DNA of 57,432 nt, taken from the IMG/VR virus record IMGVR_UViG_3300046787_000804, positions 1 to 57,432 of that record; one strand, given 5' to 3'. The notes below the pieces were generated by a model. It was not told the origin of the DNA and did no database searches. It worked only from the letters and a program-made list of their open reading frames with translations. The stretch comes from a virus. Taxonomy: Duplodnaviria; Caudoviricetes. Every line of letters starts with the position of its first letter. The stretch's first letter is position 1. The position numbers were made by a program, and so were the translations under genes. Shown piece by piece: positions 28,923 through 37,827 of the stretch.

Positions 28923-30283
28923 TGGCCAAGTTCACATTGCTGGCACGCGATCGTGCCAATTCACCCATTACGCTGACCTACGATAACCAGACCAGTGAAC
29001 TGCTCGATGGGGATCTGATGCCTTGGCCTCTACCGTATGTGGAGAAAACCTGGTCTGTTGGCCACATTGAGGCGATCAGTCAGACGATCCCAGGGCGCAA
29101 AGAGAGTCCAAAAGTTCTGAAAATTCAGCTCGGGCTTTCGTGCAACTATTCGTGTGACTACTGCAGCCAGCGATTCGTTCCTCATGCTGAAGAAACAACG
29201 CAGGCAGATGTGCCGCAGTTCTTGCATCTGCTCGAATCAAGTCTTGAGAGGGCTCCAGAGCGCATTGAGTTCTGGGGTGGAGAGCCGCTGGTCTACATCA
29301 AGACCTTGCGTCCATTGGCCGAAGCCCTGCGACAGCGATACCCGGCTGCTTCGTTCAGCATCGTTACCAACGGCTCTTTACTCAACCCGGAGGTCAACAC
29401 CTGGCTTGATGTGATGGGATTTGGGGTAGGCGTTAGTCATGACGGACCAGGACAACCCGCTCGCGGCCCAGATCCGTTGAATGATGAGACGAGTCGCGAA
29501 GGAATCATGGATTTGTATCAACGACTTGCACCGAAGGGGCGCATTTCGTTCAATGCGATGGTCCATCGAACCAACACCAGCCGGGAAGAAATCGCAAAAT
29601 TCTTCCTGCAGCTGACTGGTGACCCATCGTTGTCAATCGGCGAAGGTGCTTTTGTTGATCCTTACGATGCTGGTGGCTTGGCCAATTCGATCCAGTCTGA
29701 TCAGGAGGCGTTTGCATTCCGACGTCAATCGCTTGATGAGATCCGTCGTGGTCGTATCGTTCATTTGGACGTGGCTCGATCCCGCATGCAGGAATGGGCG
29801 CGCAGTATCTTGGAGCGTCGTCCTGCCAGCGTATTGGGCCAAAAGTGCGGGATGGATACCGCGAATCAAGTCGCCGTCGACCTTATGGGTAATGTGCTCA
29901 CCTGTCAGAACGTGAGCGCGGTTTCTGTTGCACCCAATGGGCAATCACATCACATTGGCCATCTCTCCAATCTCAAAGCAGTAGCACTCAACACATCGAC
30001 ACACTGGTCAAAGCGTACTGAATGCCTGAATTGCCCAGTGCTTCAGGCTTGTAAGGGCGCTTGCATGTTCTTAGAGGGGCCGTTGTGGACAGCCGCCTGC
30101 GATAACGCGTACTCGGACCATGTGCCATTCTTTGTGGCCGCCATTGAACACCTAACCGGGTGTGCCGTTTATCGCATCGAAGGCGATTTGCCAGAGGATC
30201 GAGCTGACGTTTTTGGGCTGAAGTCGCAGGACCAAAGATCACCGCGACGCAAGTTCATCCCGATCGAGGTCTCAAATGCCTGA
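28922..30283 (+). CDS. Radical SAM enzyme with SPASM domain
   Basis: CNYSCDYC (CxxxCxxC), FWGGEPL, VTNGSLL, VSHDG; SPASM-type KCG...GNVLTC...IGHL...CLNCPVLQACKGAC...C. Confidence 0.92.
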   Translation: MAKFTLLARDRANSPITLTYDNQTSELLDGDLMPWPLPYVEKTWSVGHIEAISQTIPGRKESPKVLKIQLGLSCNYSCDYCSQRFVPHAEETTQADVPQFLHLLESSLERAPERIEFWGGEPLVYIKTLRPLAEALRQRYPAASFSIVTNGSLLNPEVNTWLDVMGFGVGVSHDGPGQPARGPDPLNDETSREGIMDLYQRLAPKGRISFNAMVHRTNTSREEIAKFFLQLTGDPSLSIGEGAFVDPYDAGGLANSIQSDQEAFAFRRQSLDEIRRGRIVHLDVARSRMQEWARSILERRPASVLGQKCGMDTANQVAVDLMGNVLTCQNVSAVSVAPNGQSHHIGHLSNLKAVALNTSTHWSKRTECLNCPVLQACKGACMFLEGPLWTAACDNAYSDHVPFFVAAIEHLTGCAVYRIEGDLPEDRADVFGLKSQDQRSPRRKFIPIEVSNA

Positions 30284-30818
30284 TGCAGCACTTTCTGAGG
30301 CGCTTCGGGAGGCTTATGCAAGCGCTCCATGCAACGTGATCATCCTGCATACCCTGGAGATCCGGCATCCGGACTTCAGGGACGACGCGGGTAACTCGAC
30401 GGCGATCCGGGTGGTGCGTGATCAGCAAGACTTACTTGCGAGGCTTGAGGCATCAGCCCCAATCAATGCGGGCCAGCAAGTCCAGTTCGTGGCTATGGGC
30501 TTTGAGCTGGATCTGCCGCCGGTGGATATCGCGCCGGTTCCCGAAATCGCGATCACTCTGGATAACGTCACCCGAGAGATCGTGAAGCATTTGGACGAGG
30601 CTTCGGTTTCCGAGTCGCCCATTGAAGTGACCTACCGTCCGTACCTATCTAACGATTTAACCGGACCACAGATGGATTCGCCCATCACGTTGGTGATCAC
30701 CGAAGTGGAGGCCGACGTGCAGAGGGTGACGGCCAAGGCGCGGATGGCGGACATTGGCAACAAGACATTCCCGTCACGCCTGTACACCGCAACCGAATTT
30801 CCAGGATTGGCCCGATGA
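30276..30818 (+). CDS. DUF1833-like minor tail protein
   Basis: EAYASAP...LHTLEIRHP...IAITLDNV...YRPYLS...FPGL signature. Confidence 0.8.
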   Translation: MPDAALSEALREAYASAPCNVIILHTLEIRHPDFRDDAGNSTAIRVVRDQQDLLARLEASAPINAGQQVQFVAMGFELDLPPVDIAPVPEIAITLDNVTREIVKHLDEASVSESPIEVTYRPYLSNDLTGPQMDSPITLVITEVEADVQRVTAKARMADIGNKTFPSRLYTATEFPGLAR

Positions 30819-31237
30819 CAGTTGAAGATTCACCGAGTTGGGCGATCCAGTACATCGGTCGTCCGTGGATTGCAGGTGAGAGAGGCCCCGAGTCATTTGA
30901 CTGCTGGGGCCTTTTTCTTTGGGTCCAGAAGGTGCACTTCGGTCGTGATCTGCCGATGATTCCTGTCGACGCACTGAATCTGCGCACGGTCCTCCACACA
31001 TTCAAAAGCCACCCGGAGAGACAACGCTGGGCGGCAGTTGAAGTGCCCAAGCAAGGCGATGCAGTGCTGATGCGTCAGTCACGATACCCCGTACATGTGG
31101 GCGTTTGGATCGATGCGGACGGCGGTGGTGTCTTGCACTGTGCCCAGCAAATTGGGGTGGTGTTTCAGCAATTGAGCTCTCTGGCTAGTCACGGCTGGCA
31201 GGTGGAGGGGTATTACCGATGGAAGGAATTGCCATGA
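30815..31237 (+). CDS. NlpC/P60 tail assembly protein (gpK-like)
   Basis: YIGRPW..G.RGPESFDCWGL and HVGVW..VLH motifs. Confidence 0.85.
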   Translation: MTVEDSPSWAIQYIGRPWIAGERGPESFDCWGLFLWVQKVHFGRDLPMIPVDALNLRTVLHTFKSHPERQRWAAVEVPKQGDAVLMRQSRYPVHVGVWIDADGGGVLHCAQQIGVVFQQLSSLASHGWQVEGYYRWKELP

Positions 31238-33528
31238 CAAGCGTTTGCATGTCAGGCCTACCCAGTCCTGGACTGGTCATTTGGATGCGAAATCCGTTCG
31301 AGCCCAGTGATCGGCAGGTAAGCCATGTGTTTGGTTCGCCCACGATCGCTCAATGGATGAGTCGTGATGGCATCGAGCTCGATCAGCCCACCTTGATCCT
31401 CAAAAACGGCCAGCCGGTGCTGATGGCCCATAGGGCTGTGACGCCAATCGATGCGGGTGACGTTGTTGCCTTGGTCACTCTACCGCAAGGTGGTGGAGGT
31501 GGGGGCAAGAACCCGCTGAGAACTGTGCTCATGATCGCCGTCCTGGTGGTTGCCAATGCATATGGCGGCGCTCTGGCTGCTTCGATGGGGTATTCAGGCA
31601 CGCTGGCCACGGCGGTGGCGTCCACTGCGATCGCAGTCACGGGTTCTGTTTTGGTCAATGCACTGGTGCCATTGCCAAATCAGTCTTTGCCTTCGGCATC
31701 GGCCAACACTACATCCCCCAGCCCGACTTACTCATTGCAGGCGCGCGGTAACTATGGACGTCTGTCGCAACCCGTGCCCGTGATTTATGGCCATCATTTG
31801 GTGTACCCGGACCTGGCCACCATGCCCTATACCGAGTATGAGAACAACGAGGAGTATCTTCATCAATTGCACGTCATTGGTGTGGGCCATTTTCAGTTTG
31901 AGGAGCTGTCCATCGATGACAGCCCGATCAGCTCGTTTGCCGAGGTGCAGGCACAGGTCATTGAGCCTGGCGGACAGAACACGTTGTTCAATCCCGATGT
32001 GGTCACTGCCCCAGAGGTGTCCGGACAGGAGTTGATTGCAGTCAGCGATGCCGGTTCTATTGTTGGCCCCTTTGCCCTGAACCCCGTGGGCACACAGATC
32101 AATCAGGTTGGTGTCGATGTGGTGATGCTGCGGGGCCTTTATTACGCCAATGACAGCGGTGCATTGGAGAGCCGGTCGGTGCAATGGCGCGTCGAAGTGC
32201 GAAGCATCAACGACGATGGAGATGCCACCTCGGGCTGGCTCCATGTGGCAGATGAAACCTTTTCAGCCGCCACGAATACCGCGCAACGCTTGTCGTTCAA
32301 GTATTCGGTGTCACCTGGGCGTTATGAGATTCGCCTGCAGCGTCTTGATGCGCGGGACACCAGCAACCGAGTCGGTCACGAGCTGCGCTGGGGGCAGGCC
32401 AAGGGCTATTTGGCAGGATCGAATTTGCCCACTGATCTGACCTACTTGGCACTCAGGATGCGTGCCACTGACAACTTGTCTCAGCGCTCCTCGCGGCTGG
32501 TCAATTGTCTGGTGACGCGCAAGCTCCCTATCTGGAATCCGAGCACTGGATGGTCTGCGCTGCAACCCACTCGCTCGATTGCGTGGGCCTTCGCGGATGC
32601 GGTCAAGTCCAGCTATGGCGCAGGGTTGCCTGACCGGCAATTGGACCTGGCGGCCTTAGCACGGTTGGATGCGGTGTGGTCGGCACGAGGGGACACCTTC
32701 AATGCCGTGTTCGATCAAAACCAGACGGTGTGGGACGCCTTGGGGCAGATTGCCAGGACGGGGCGTGCTGTGCCGTTCTTGCAAGGCGGGATTGTTCGTC
32801 TCGTTCGCGATGAGCCTAAGACCATCCCGGTGGCGCTTTTTTCTGCAAGAAACATCGTGCGCAACAGCTTGAAGATCCAGTACCTGATGCCAGGCGATGC
32901 CACGGCGGATGCAGTCACGATCGAATACGTCAACCCCAAGAGCTGGAAGCCTGATGAATTCACGGTGTCTTTGTCTGGATCTCAGGCTGCCAAGCCCGCG
33001 CGTGTGAGGTTGTTTGGCTGTACCGATAAGGCCCAGGGCGTTCGCGAGGGGAAATACATCGCAGCGGCCAATCGGTATCGCCGACGAATCGTGACCTTTC
33101 GCACTGAGCTGGAAGGTTTGATCCCGACCTATGGGGATCTGATTGCCCTGAGCCATGACATTCCCCGTTGGGGTGTGAGTGGTGAGGTCTTGAGCTGGGA
33201 CAGCCAGTCGAGAACAGTGCGGTGCTCTGAGCCGCTGGGTTGGCAGTCAGGAGCCGTTCACTACCTTGTTTTGCGAAAGCCAGATGGCTCGGTCTCCGAT
33301 GCCATCGAGGTCACGCCGGGCGCAACTGCCACCCACGCCATCCTGAAAACCCAACCCGGCTTTGAGCCACTGGTGGGTGCTGACCGAGAGCGAACGCACT
33401 TTGCTTTTGGTGTGGGCCAGTCCTGGTCCCAGTTGGCACGCGTCATGAGCGTCAAGCCCAGGGCTGAGCAGGTTGAACTGACTTGCGTGACCGAGAACGC
33501 GTTGGTGCATACCGCTGATCAATCCTGA
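31234..33528 (+). CDS. Host-specificity tail tip protein (TipJ-like, with gpI-like N-terminus)
   Basis: PQGGGGG, N..RL.QPVPVIYG, YLALRMRAT, GD.IALSHD motifs. Confidence 0.85.
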   Translation: MTSVCMSGLPSPGLVIWMRNPFEPSDRQVSHVFGSPTIAQWMSRDGIELDQPTLILKNGQPVLMAHRAVTPIDAGDVVALVTLPQGGGGGGKNPLRTVLMIAVLVVANAYGGALAASMGYSGTLATAVASTAIAVTGSVLVNALVPLPNQSLPSASANTTSPSPTYSLQARGNYGRLSQPVPVIYGHHLVYPDLATMPYTEYENNEEYLHQLHVIGVGHFQFEELSIDDSPISSFAEVQAQVIEPGGQNTLFNPDVVTAPEVSGQELIAVSDAGSIVGPFALNPVGTQINQVGVDVVMLRGLYYANDSGALESRSVQWRVEVRSINDDGDATSGWLHVADETFSAATNTAQRLSFKYSVSPGRYEIRLQRLDARDTSNRVGHELRWGQAKGYLAGSNLPTDLTYLALRMRATDNLSQRSSRLVNCLVTRKLPIWNPSTGWSALQPTRSIAWAFADAVKSSYGAGLPDRQLDLAALARLDAVWSARGDTFNAVFDQNQTVWDALGQIARTGRAVPFLQGGIVRLVRDEPKTIPVALFSARNIVRNSLKIQYLMPGDATADAVTIEYVNPKSWKPDEFTVSLSGSQAAKPARVRLFGCTDKAQGVREGKYIAAANRYRRRIVTFRTELEGLIPTYGDLIALSHDIPRWGVSGEVLSWDSQSRTVRCSEPLGWQSGAVHYLVLRKPDGSVSDAIEVTPGATATHAILKTQPGFEPLVGADRERTHFAFGVGQSWSQLARVMSVKPRAEQVELTCVTENALVHTADQS

Positions 33529-33550
33529 TCTGAACTTGTTTTTTGTAACC

Positions 33551-33585
33551 ACCCGCCGAGGAGCCATCCCGGCGGGTTTCTTTTT
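33551..33585 (+). terminator. Rho-independent terminator between tail and lysis genes
   Basis: ACCCGCCG...CGGCGGGT stem followed by TTCTTTTT. Confidence 0.7.
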
Positions 33586-33595
33586 GGAGAAATGA

Positions 33596-33979
33596 ATGCC
33601 AGAACCGACAAGTAGTGGGGTTGCCGGAGCAGCGGTGGCCTACAAGGCGCTGGGAGGGACGGCAGCCGCTGTCGCAAGCGGGGCCACTTTGGCAGCCGTG
33701 GTGGTCATGCTGATGACCCCGCCTCGAAATAAGCGGGAGTGGGCTGTGGGCTTGATCAGCACGGTGGTGTCCAGCATCGGTGGCGGTGCATTCACCGTCG
33801 AACACTTCGATCTGCATCACTGGGCGTTTTCAACCATGGGGCTGTGTGCCATGGGCGGATTGATCTTTGCCTGTGGTCTGCCGGGGTGGGCGATGGTGCG
33901 TTGGACCTTTGCCTTCATCGACAAGCGCCGGGATGACTCGCTGTATTCGGTGGCCAAAGATGTGAAGGAGCTGCTATGA
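33596..33979 (+). CDS. Putative holin
   Basis: Three hydrophobic segments and a charged C-terminus; precedes the endolysin. Confidence 0.7.
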   Translation: MPEPTSSGVAGAAVAYKALGGTAAAVASGATLAAVVVMLMTPPRNKREWAVGLISTVVSSIGGGAFTVEHFDLHHWAFSTMGLCAMGGLIFACGLPGWAMVRWTFAFIDKRRDDSLYSVAKDVKELL

Positions 33980-34440
33980 AGCCGATTGAGTTCATCGCAA
34001 TGATCGGATCTTCCGCGCAGGCTACAGCCAAGCGCACGGGCGTATTCGCCAGCATCACGATCGCGCAAGCGGCGCTGGAGTCAGGGTGGGGTGAGTCGGG
34101 TCTGGCCAAGGTGGGCAAGAACCTCTTTGGCATCAAGGCAGACAGCCGCTGGCGGGGGGAGACCTTGATTTTGCAGACCAAGGAATTCATCCGTGGCCAG
34201 TGGGTCGTGGTGCCTGCTAAGTGGCGCAAGTACGCAAGCTGGCAAGAAAGTATTGACGACCACGCTGCATTTCTTAAGCAGAACCCACGCTATCAGCCGT
34301 GCTTCCAATGCCTCAAGGCAGAGGCATTTGCACAAGCACTGGCCAAGGCCGGGTATGCCACTGATCCAGGCTATGCCGACAAGGTGATCGGTCTCATGAA
34401 CCAGCACAAGCTGCAAGCTTTGGACGGAGGTAAGCCATGA
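33976..34440 (+). CDS. Endolysin, GH73 glucosaminidase (FlgJ-like)
   Basis: AQAALESGWG, NLFGIKA, GYATDPGYA motifs. Confidence 0.9.
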   Translation: MKPIEFIAMIGSSAQATAKRTGVFASITIAQAALESGWGESGLAKVGKNLFGIKADSRWRGETLILQTKEFIRGQWVVVPAKWRKYASWQESIDDHAAFLKQNPRYQPCFQCLKAEAFAQALAKAGYATDPGYADKVIGLMNQHKLQALDGGKP

Positions 34441-34934
34441 GCTTGGTTTCCAGATTCGTCTACGCCAACTGGAATTACCTGATGGGCGGTCTCGTGCTGC
34501 TGATGGTTTTCATCTGCGGAGTTCAGATCGGGGAGTCCCGGATTCAACGGGAGTGGAATTCCGAGAAGTTACGCGTGGCGTTGGTCACGGCCAAGCAAGA
34601 GCAACGCGCCGCTGATGTGCAGCAATCTCAAACTCAAATCAATCGGGAAATCTCAAATGAATACGCCAAAAACTCAAAGGCGCTGGGCAGTCGCTTGCCT
34701 AGTCTTCGTCCTGTCGGGGTGTGCAGCAGCACCCCAATCAGTGCCGGGAGTGTGCCCACAGTTTCCGAAGCTCCCGCAGGAGCTGCAAGCCCCCCCGCCG
34801 ACGCTCTATCTCTTACCGTTGGAGATGCGGGAGCGGTGAGTTGCGCTCAGTTGAGCAAGGATGCTGCCCAAACCACCCTGATGCTCCTCGAGGTGCAGCG
34901 GTGGTACCAAAAACAATCAGCGATTGAACCTTAA
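34437..34934 (+). CDS. Rz-like i-spanin
   Basis: N-terminal transmembrane helix and coiled coil, after the endolysin. Confidence 0.75.
   Translation: MSLVSRFVYANWNYLMGGLVLLMVFICGVQIGESRIQREWNSEKLRVALVTAKQEQRAADVQQSQTQINREISNEYAKNSKALGSRLPSLRPVGVCSSTPISAGSVPTVSEAPAGAASPPADALSLTVGDAGAVSCAQLSKDAAQTTLMLLEVQRWYQKQSAIEP
34657..34839 (+). CDS. Rz1-like o-spanin lipoprotein nested in Rz
   Basis: MNTPKTQRRWAVACLVFVLSG-C lipobox then a Pro-rich mature part, in an alternative frame. Confidence 0.75.
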   Translation: MNTPKTQRRWAVACLVFVLSGCAAAPQSVPGVCPQFPKLPQELQAPPPTLYLLPLEMRER

Positions 34935-35116
34935 ATAGAAGCCTGGCTTGGCATAGAACAGGTTTGTGGGGGCGTTTTTAGGTTTGGAAGCTATATACGG
35001 CAACGGACATTATTTTGATGCACAAGTGATCGTGCCAAGAGTATGGTCAAGTCCAGAAGCGCAAGGTGCTCAAGAGTAGGACTGTTCATGGTCAACAATG
35101 AGCGACCTTCTATTAG

Positions 35117-35755
35117 TTAGGAAACCCAGTCGAATGGAGTTGCCGCCAGAAGAGATCCGCAGTCGGTGGTGAGTTCGGCAACCTTTGCGCGTAACGAGAG
35201 TTGAGTCATGACCTGTGCGCCATGCGCGAAGCAACTATTTACAGATGCGTCAGCTTTCATTTGACTTGTAACTGCTGTATGCACGGTTTCGAAGGACCAT
35301 CGGTCGACGAGATAATCCATAGTCTGCTCAAGGCAGGCGAGCTTGCCGTTAAGGCTGGTCAGCGATGGGCAAGTCTGGAGTGCTTTGCCAACGGCACGCA
35401 GAGCCTTCTTATCGCCGGTATCGACGATGGCTGCATCGAACTCGGCTGCTGCTGCGAACAGTGCGGCCTCACCAGCGTCGATCAATGGGATTTCCGACAA
35501 GGCATCTGCTAACTGGATGTTGTGGCCCTTGGCTACCCCGCACGCGGCAACAAAGCTCGTGAGCTGTTGCACGGCTGCCATTGAGCCCACGATCGCAGCG
35601 GCTTTATCTGGAGTTGATAGCCTGAACTTGAACTTCAAAGTGCCGACTGTAAACAGGTCAGCACGCCCCTGTTTCTGAAGATGAAGCACGAATCGGTTGA
35701 GCAAACCCCACTGTGCCAGCTTCACAGCGATGTCGCAATCAATGAAGACCTTCAT
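35117..35755 (-). CDS. PIN-like domain protein (putative toxin)
   Basis: MKVFIDCD N-terminus, IDAGEAAL, DTGDKKA acidic PIN motifs; ATGA coupling to the upstream gene. Confidence 0.7.
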   Translation of the reverse strand: MKVFIDCDIAVKLAQWGLLNRFVLHLQKQGRADLFTVGTLKFKFRLSTPDKAAAIVGSMAAVQQLTSFVAACGVAKGHNIQLADALSEIPLIDAGEAALFAAAAEFDAAIVDTGDKKALRAVGKALQTCPSLTSLNGKLACLEQTMDYLVDRWSFETVHTAVTSQMKADASVNSCFAHGAQVMTQLSLRAKVAELTTDCGSLLAATPFDWVS

Positions 35756-36780
35756 ACGCTGCGCTGGTCCATTCCGGTCAGCTTGAAGATGTGGTCCAGG
35801 CCATCGCTGGGGAGCATTTCGCAATCCAGGTGGTGCTTGGCAACATCGTTAATGACAATTGGAGCAATTTCCGTCGTTTTGAGAAATCGGAGAGCTAAAT
35901 TGGCTAGCTTCCAGTCTCCGGTGGATCGTGCCCAGCTCAGAATGATTTGTCCCGGCTCGAGCTTTGCATTGAGCGCTTCGTCTAAAGCAGCAGCAGCTAA
36001 ACTCATTTCAGAGTATGAAGGACCGATCAACCTCTTGCTGCTGGCTAGCAAGGCGCTGCCACCGAGTAGTGTCATAGCGTAGGCGTCCGCCTGCTTTTCG
36101 TCCTGATCGAAGAAGCTACGCTGGTTGTCCACCGGAAGCATGTCATCTACCAGTACCGCGTTTTCGTCGCTGCTCAGGTGACCGCTCATAATATGTCCGA
36201 TTTCGTGAGCTATCAGGTATTCGAGCTTGGCGAGCGCAGTCTCTTTTCGAACGACCATGACTACTGGTCGGCCACTAGCGCGAACGCACATGGCGTCTGG
36301 ACGCCGTAATCCATCGGGCCATCCGGTCACGTGTATTACCGGAATACCAGCAGTCCACAGCCACTCGCAGAGCGCGTCAAGAGCGACTGCCTCATGGTTT
36401 TTCAAAAGCTCCTGACGAAGCACGTCTGCGTCAATCGATGGCCGTAAAGGCTTAGCGGCACAAGTGCTTGCTAATAGTTGCGCAAGGCCATGGCCAATAC
36501 TAGCCGCAACGGCAAGTTGCGAAGAGCCTTCGGGATGAACCGTTTTGAAGCGCTGAGTTGTTGAGCGAAAGGCGGGTTGAGGATTCAGTGACTGCAGACT
36601 AACAAGCGATACGTTTAGTCGTCGAGCCAGCAAGATTTGCAGTTCCAAAAGGCCGCTTTCATCGGTTGCCGCTTCATCTTCCCACCAATCCGGCATTAAT
36701 GCTCGGACCTGAGGCGCACTCAAGCCCAACGCCTTGAAGGAGCTGAATAGCTTGCGTGCGGGATTAGTGGCGGTGGCCAT
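35752..36780 (-). CDS. ImmA/IrrE-family Zn metallopeptidase
   Basis: YLIAHEIGH (HExxH) and EKQADAYA motifs. Confidence 0.85.
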   Translation of the reverse strand: MATATNPARKLFSSFKALGLSAPQVRALMPDWWEDEAATDESGLLELQILLARRLNVSLVSLQSLNPQPAFRSTTQRFKTVHPEGSSQLAVAASIGHGLAQLLASTCAAKPLRPSIDADVLRQELLKNHEAVALDALCEWLWTAGIPVIHVTGWPDGLRRPDAMCVRASGRPVVMVVRKETALAKLEYLIAHEIGHIMSGHLSSDENAVLVDDMLPVDNQRSFFDQDEKQADAYAMTLLGGSALLASSKRLIGPSYSEMSLAAAALDEALNAKLEPGQIILSWARSTGDWKLANLALRFLKTTEIAPIVINDVAKHHLDCEMLPSDGLDHIFKLTGMDQRSV

Positions 36781-37126
36781 TGGAATTCTTTGTCTTGAAG
36801 GAACGCCGAGCTCCGTAGGCCTCGAGCGTAGCGCCGACTTTGAGCAGTCTAACAATGTATTGCGCGTGCTCGTCAGTGCCGTCCCAGACTTCCATAAGGG
36901 TCTTCACGAGTTCGTCGCGTCGCGGCGTGGTTGATTCATCTGGGCTTAATGCAATTCCTGCAAAATTGCATAAATGAATATGAGTCTTTGTGAGCCGCCG
37001 AGGGTTACGAAGTGCGCGATGCAATGTGGGCTGCGGTACACATGATTCCTTTGAAAGGCGACTCTCGCTATATGAGTTCTCGCGCATGAATTCACGCAAC
37101 AGTGAAACTACAGAGCTCACATTCAT
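36764..37126 (-). CDS. XRE-like HTH protein
   Basis: SESRLSKESCVPQPTLHRAL helix-turn-helix; overlaps the peptidase start. Confidence 0.65.
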   Translation of the reverse strand: MNVSSVVSLLREFMRENSYSESRLSKESCVPQPTLHRALRNPRRLTKTHIHLCNFAGIALSPDESTTPRRDELVKTLMEVWDGTDEHAQYIVRLLKVGATLEAYGARRSFKTKNSNGHRH

Positions 37127-37206
37127 GCAAAAATTCTAGCATAATGCATAACCAGTTAAACTGTCTTCTGCGCGCTGTCTCGCAACCTTCTTATTTCTCA
37201 ACCGAT

Positions 37207-37827
37207 ATGTCCACTATCGCCCATGACTATCAACTGCGTGCTTTGCTCAAGGCGCACTTGAGTACTCGCATTGACGCGAACGACAAACTGTTAGATGAGT
37301 TTGGTTTGGCATACGGTGCAGCGCGTGCAGACGTTGCCTTAGTAAACGGGCACTTGGAAGGCTTTGAGATCAAGGCAGGGCGTGACACCCTCAAGAGACT
37401 GCCGGCACAAGTTGAGGCCTACAACCAAGTTTTCGAATTTTCTTGGGTGGTGACCACGCAAAGTCACCTGCCTGGTGTCCGTGAGGTTGTGCCGAGAAAG
37501 TGGGGGCTGCTGGTGGCAAAGGCTGACGAGCAAGGTGGTCAACTCGTCCAAGTGCGACGTGCACAGAGGAATCCTAGGCGTAATACTGAGCATCTGGCGC
37601 GGCTGCTTTGGCGCGAAGAGGCGCTTGCTCAACTCGAGATACTCGGGATGAGCAAGGGACTAAAGTCAAAGCCAAAAATTGCGTTATTCTCGGCCCTGGC
37701 CGAGGCCATGACTCCGGATGCTCTGTCTAACTACGTTCGAGCGTGCCTCAAGTCAAGGGCAAACTGGCGACTTGATGCAGAACCACGTGTATGTGGTGAT
37801 TCGTTGCGTCCCTTCGCCAGTGCGTAG
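37207..37827 (+). CDS. sce7726-family protein (PD-(D/E)XK-like)
   Basis: E.G....RADVALVNG.LEGFEIK..RDTL.RL..Q..AY..VF signature. Confidence 0.8.
   Translation: MSTIAHDYQLRALLKAHLSTRIDANDKLLDEFGLAYGAARADVALVNGHLEGFEIKAGRDTLKRLPAQVEAYNQVFEFSWVVTTQSHLPGVREVVPRKWGLLVAKADEQGGQLVQVRRAQRNPRRNTEHLARLLWREEALAQLEILGMSKGLKSKPKIALFSALAEAMTPDALSNYVRACLKSRANWRLDAEPRVCGDSLRPFASA

Larger units (their letters stand above)
1..34934 (+). mobile_element. Lambda-like siphovirus prophage (replication, packaging, head, tail, lysis); left part lies outside the window
   Basis: Contiguous, co-oriented phage gene order from recombination/primase through terminase, portal, protease, capsid and tail to holin, endolysin and spanins. 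Confidence 0.95.

Noticed and set aside
26899-30283. Cassette as a DNA base-hypermodification or queuosine-type pathway
   Set aside because: It lies in the tail operon rather than the replication region, the rSAM is SPASM-type rather than QueE-like, and no nucleotide-handling genes accompany it. Disfavoured but not formally excluded.
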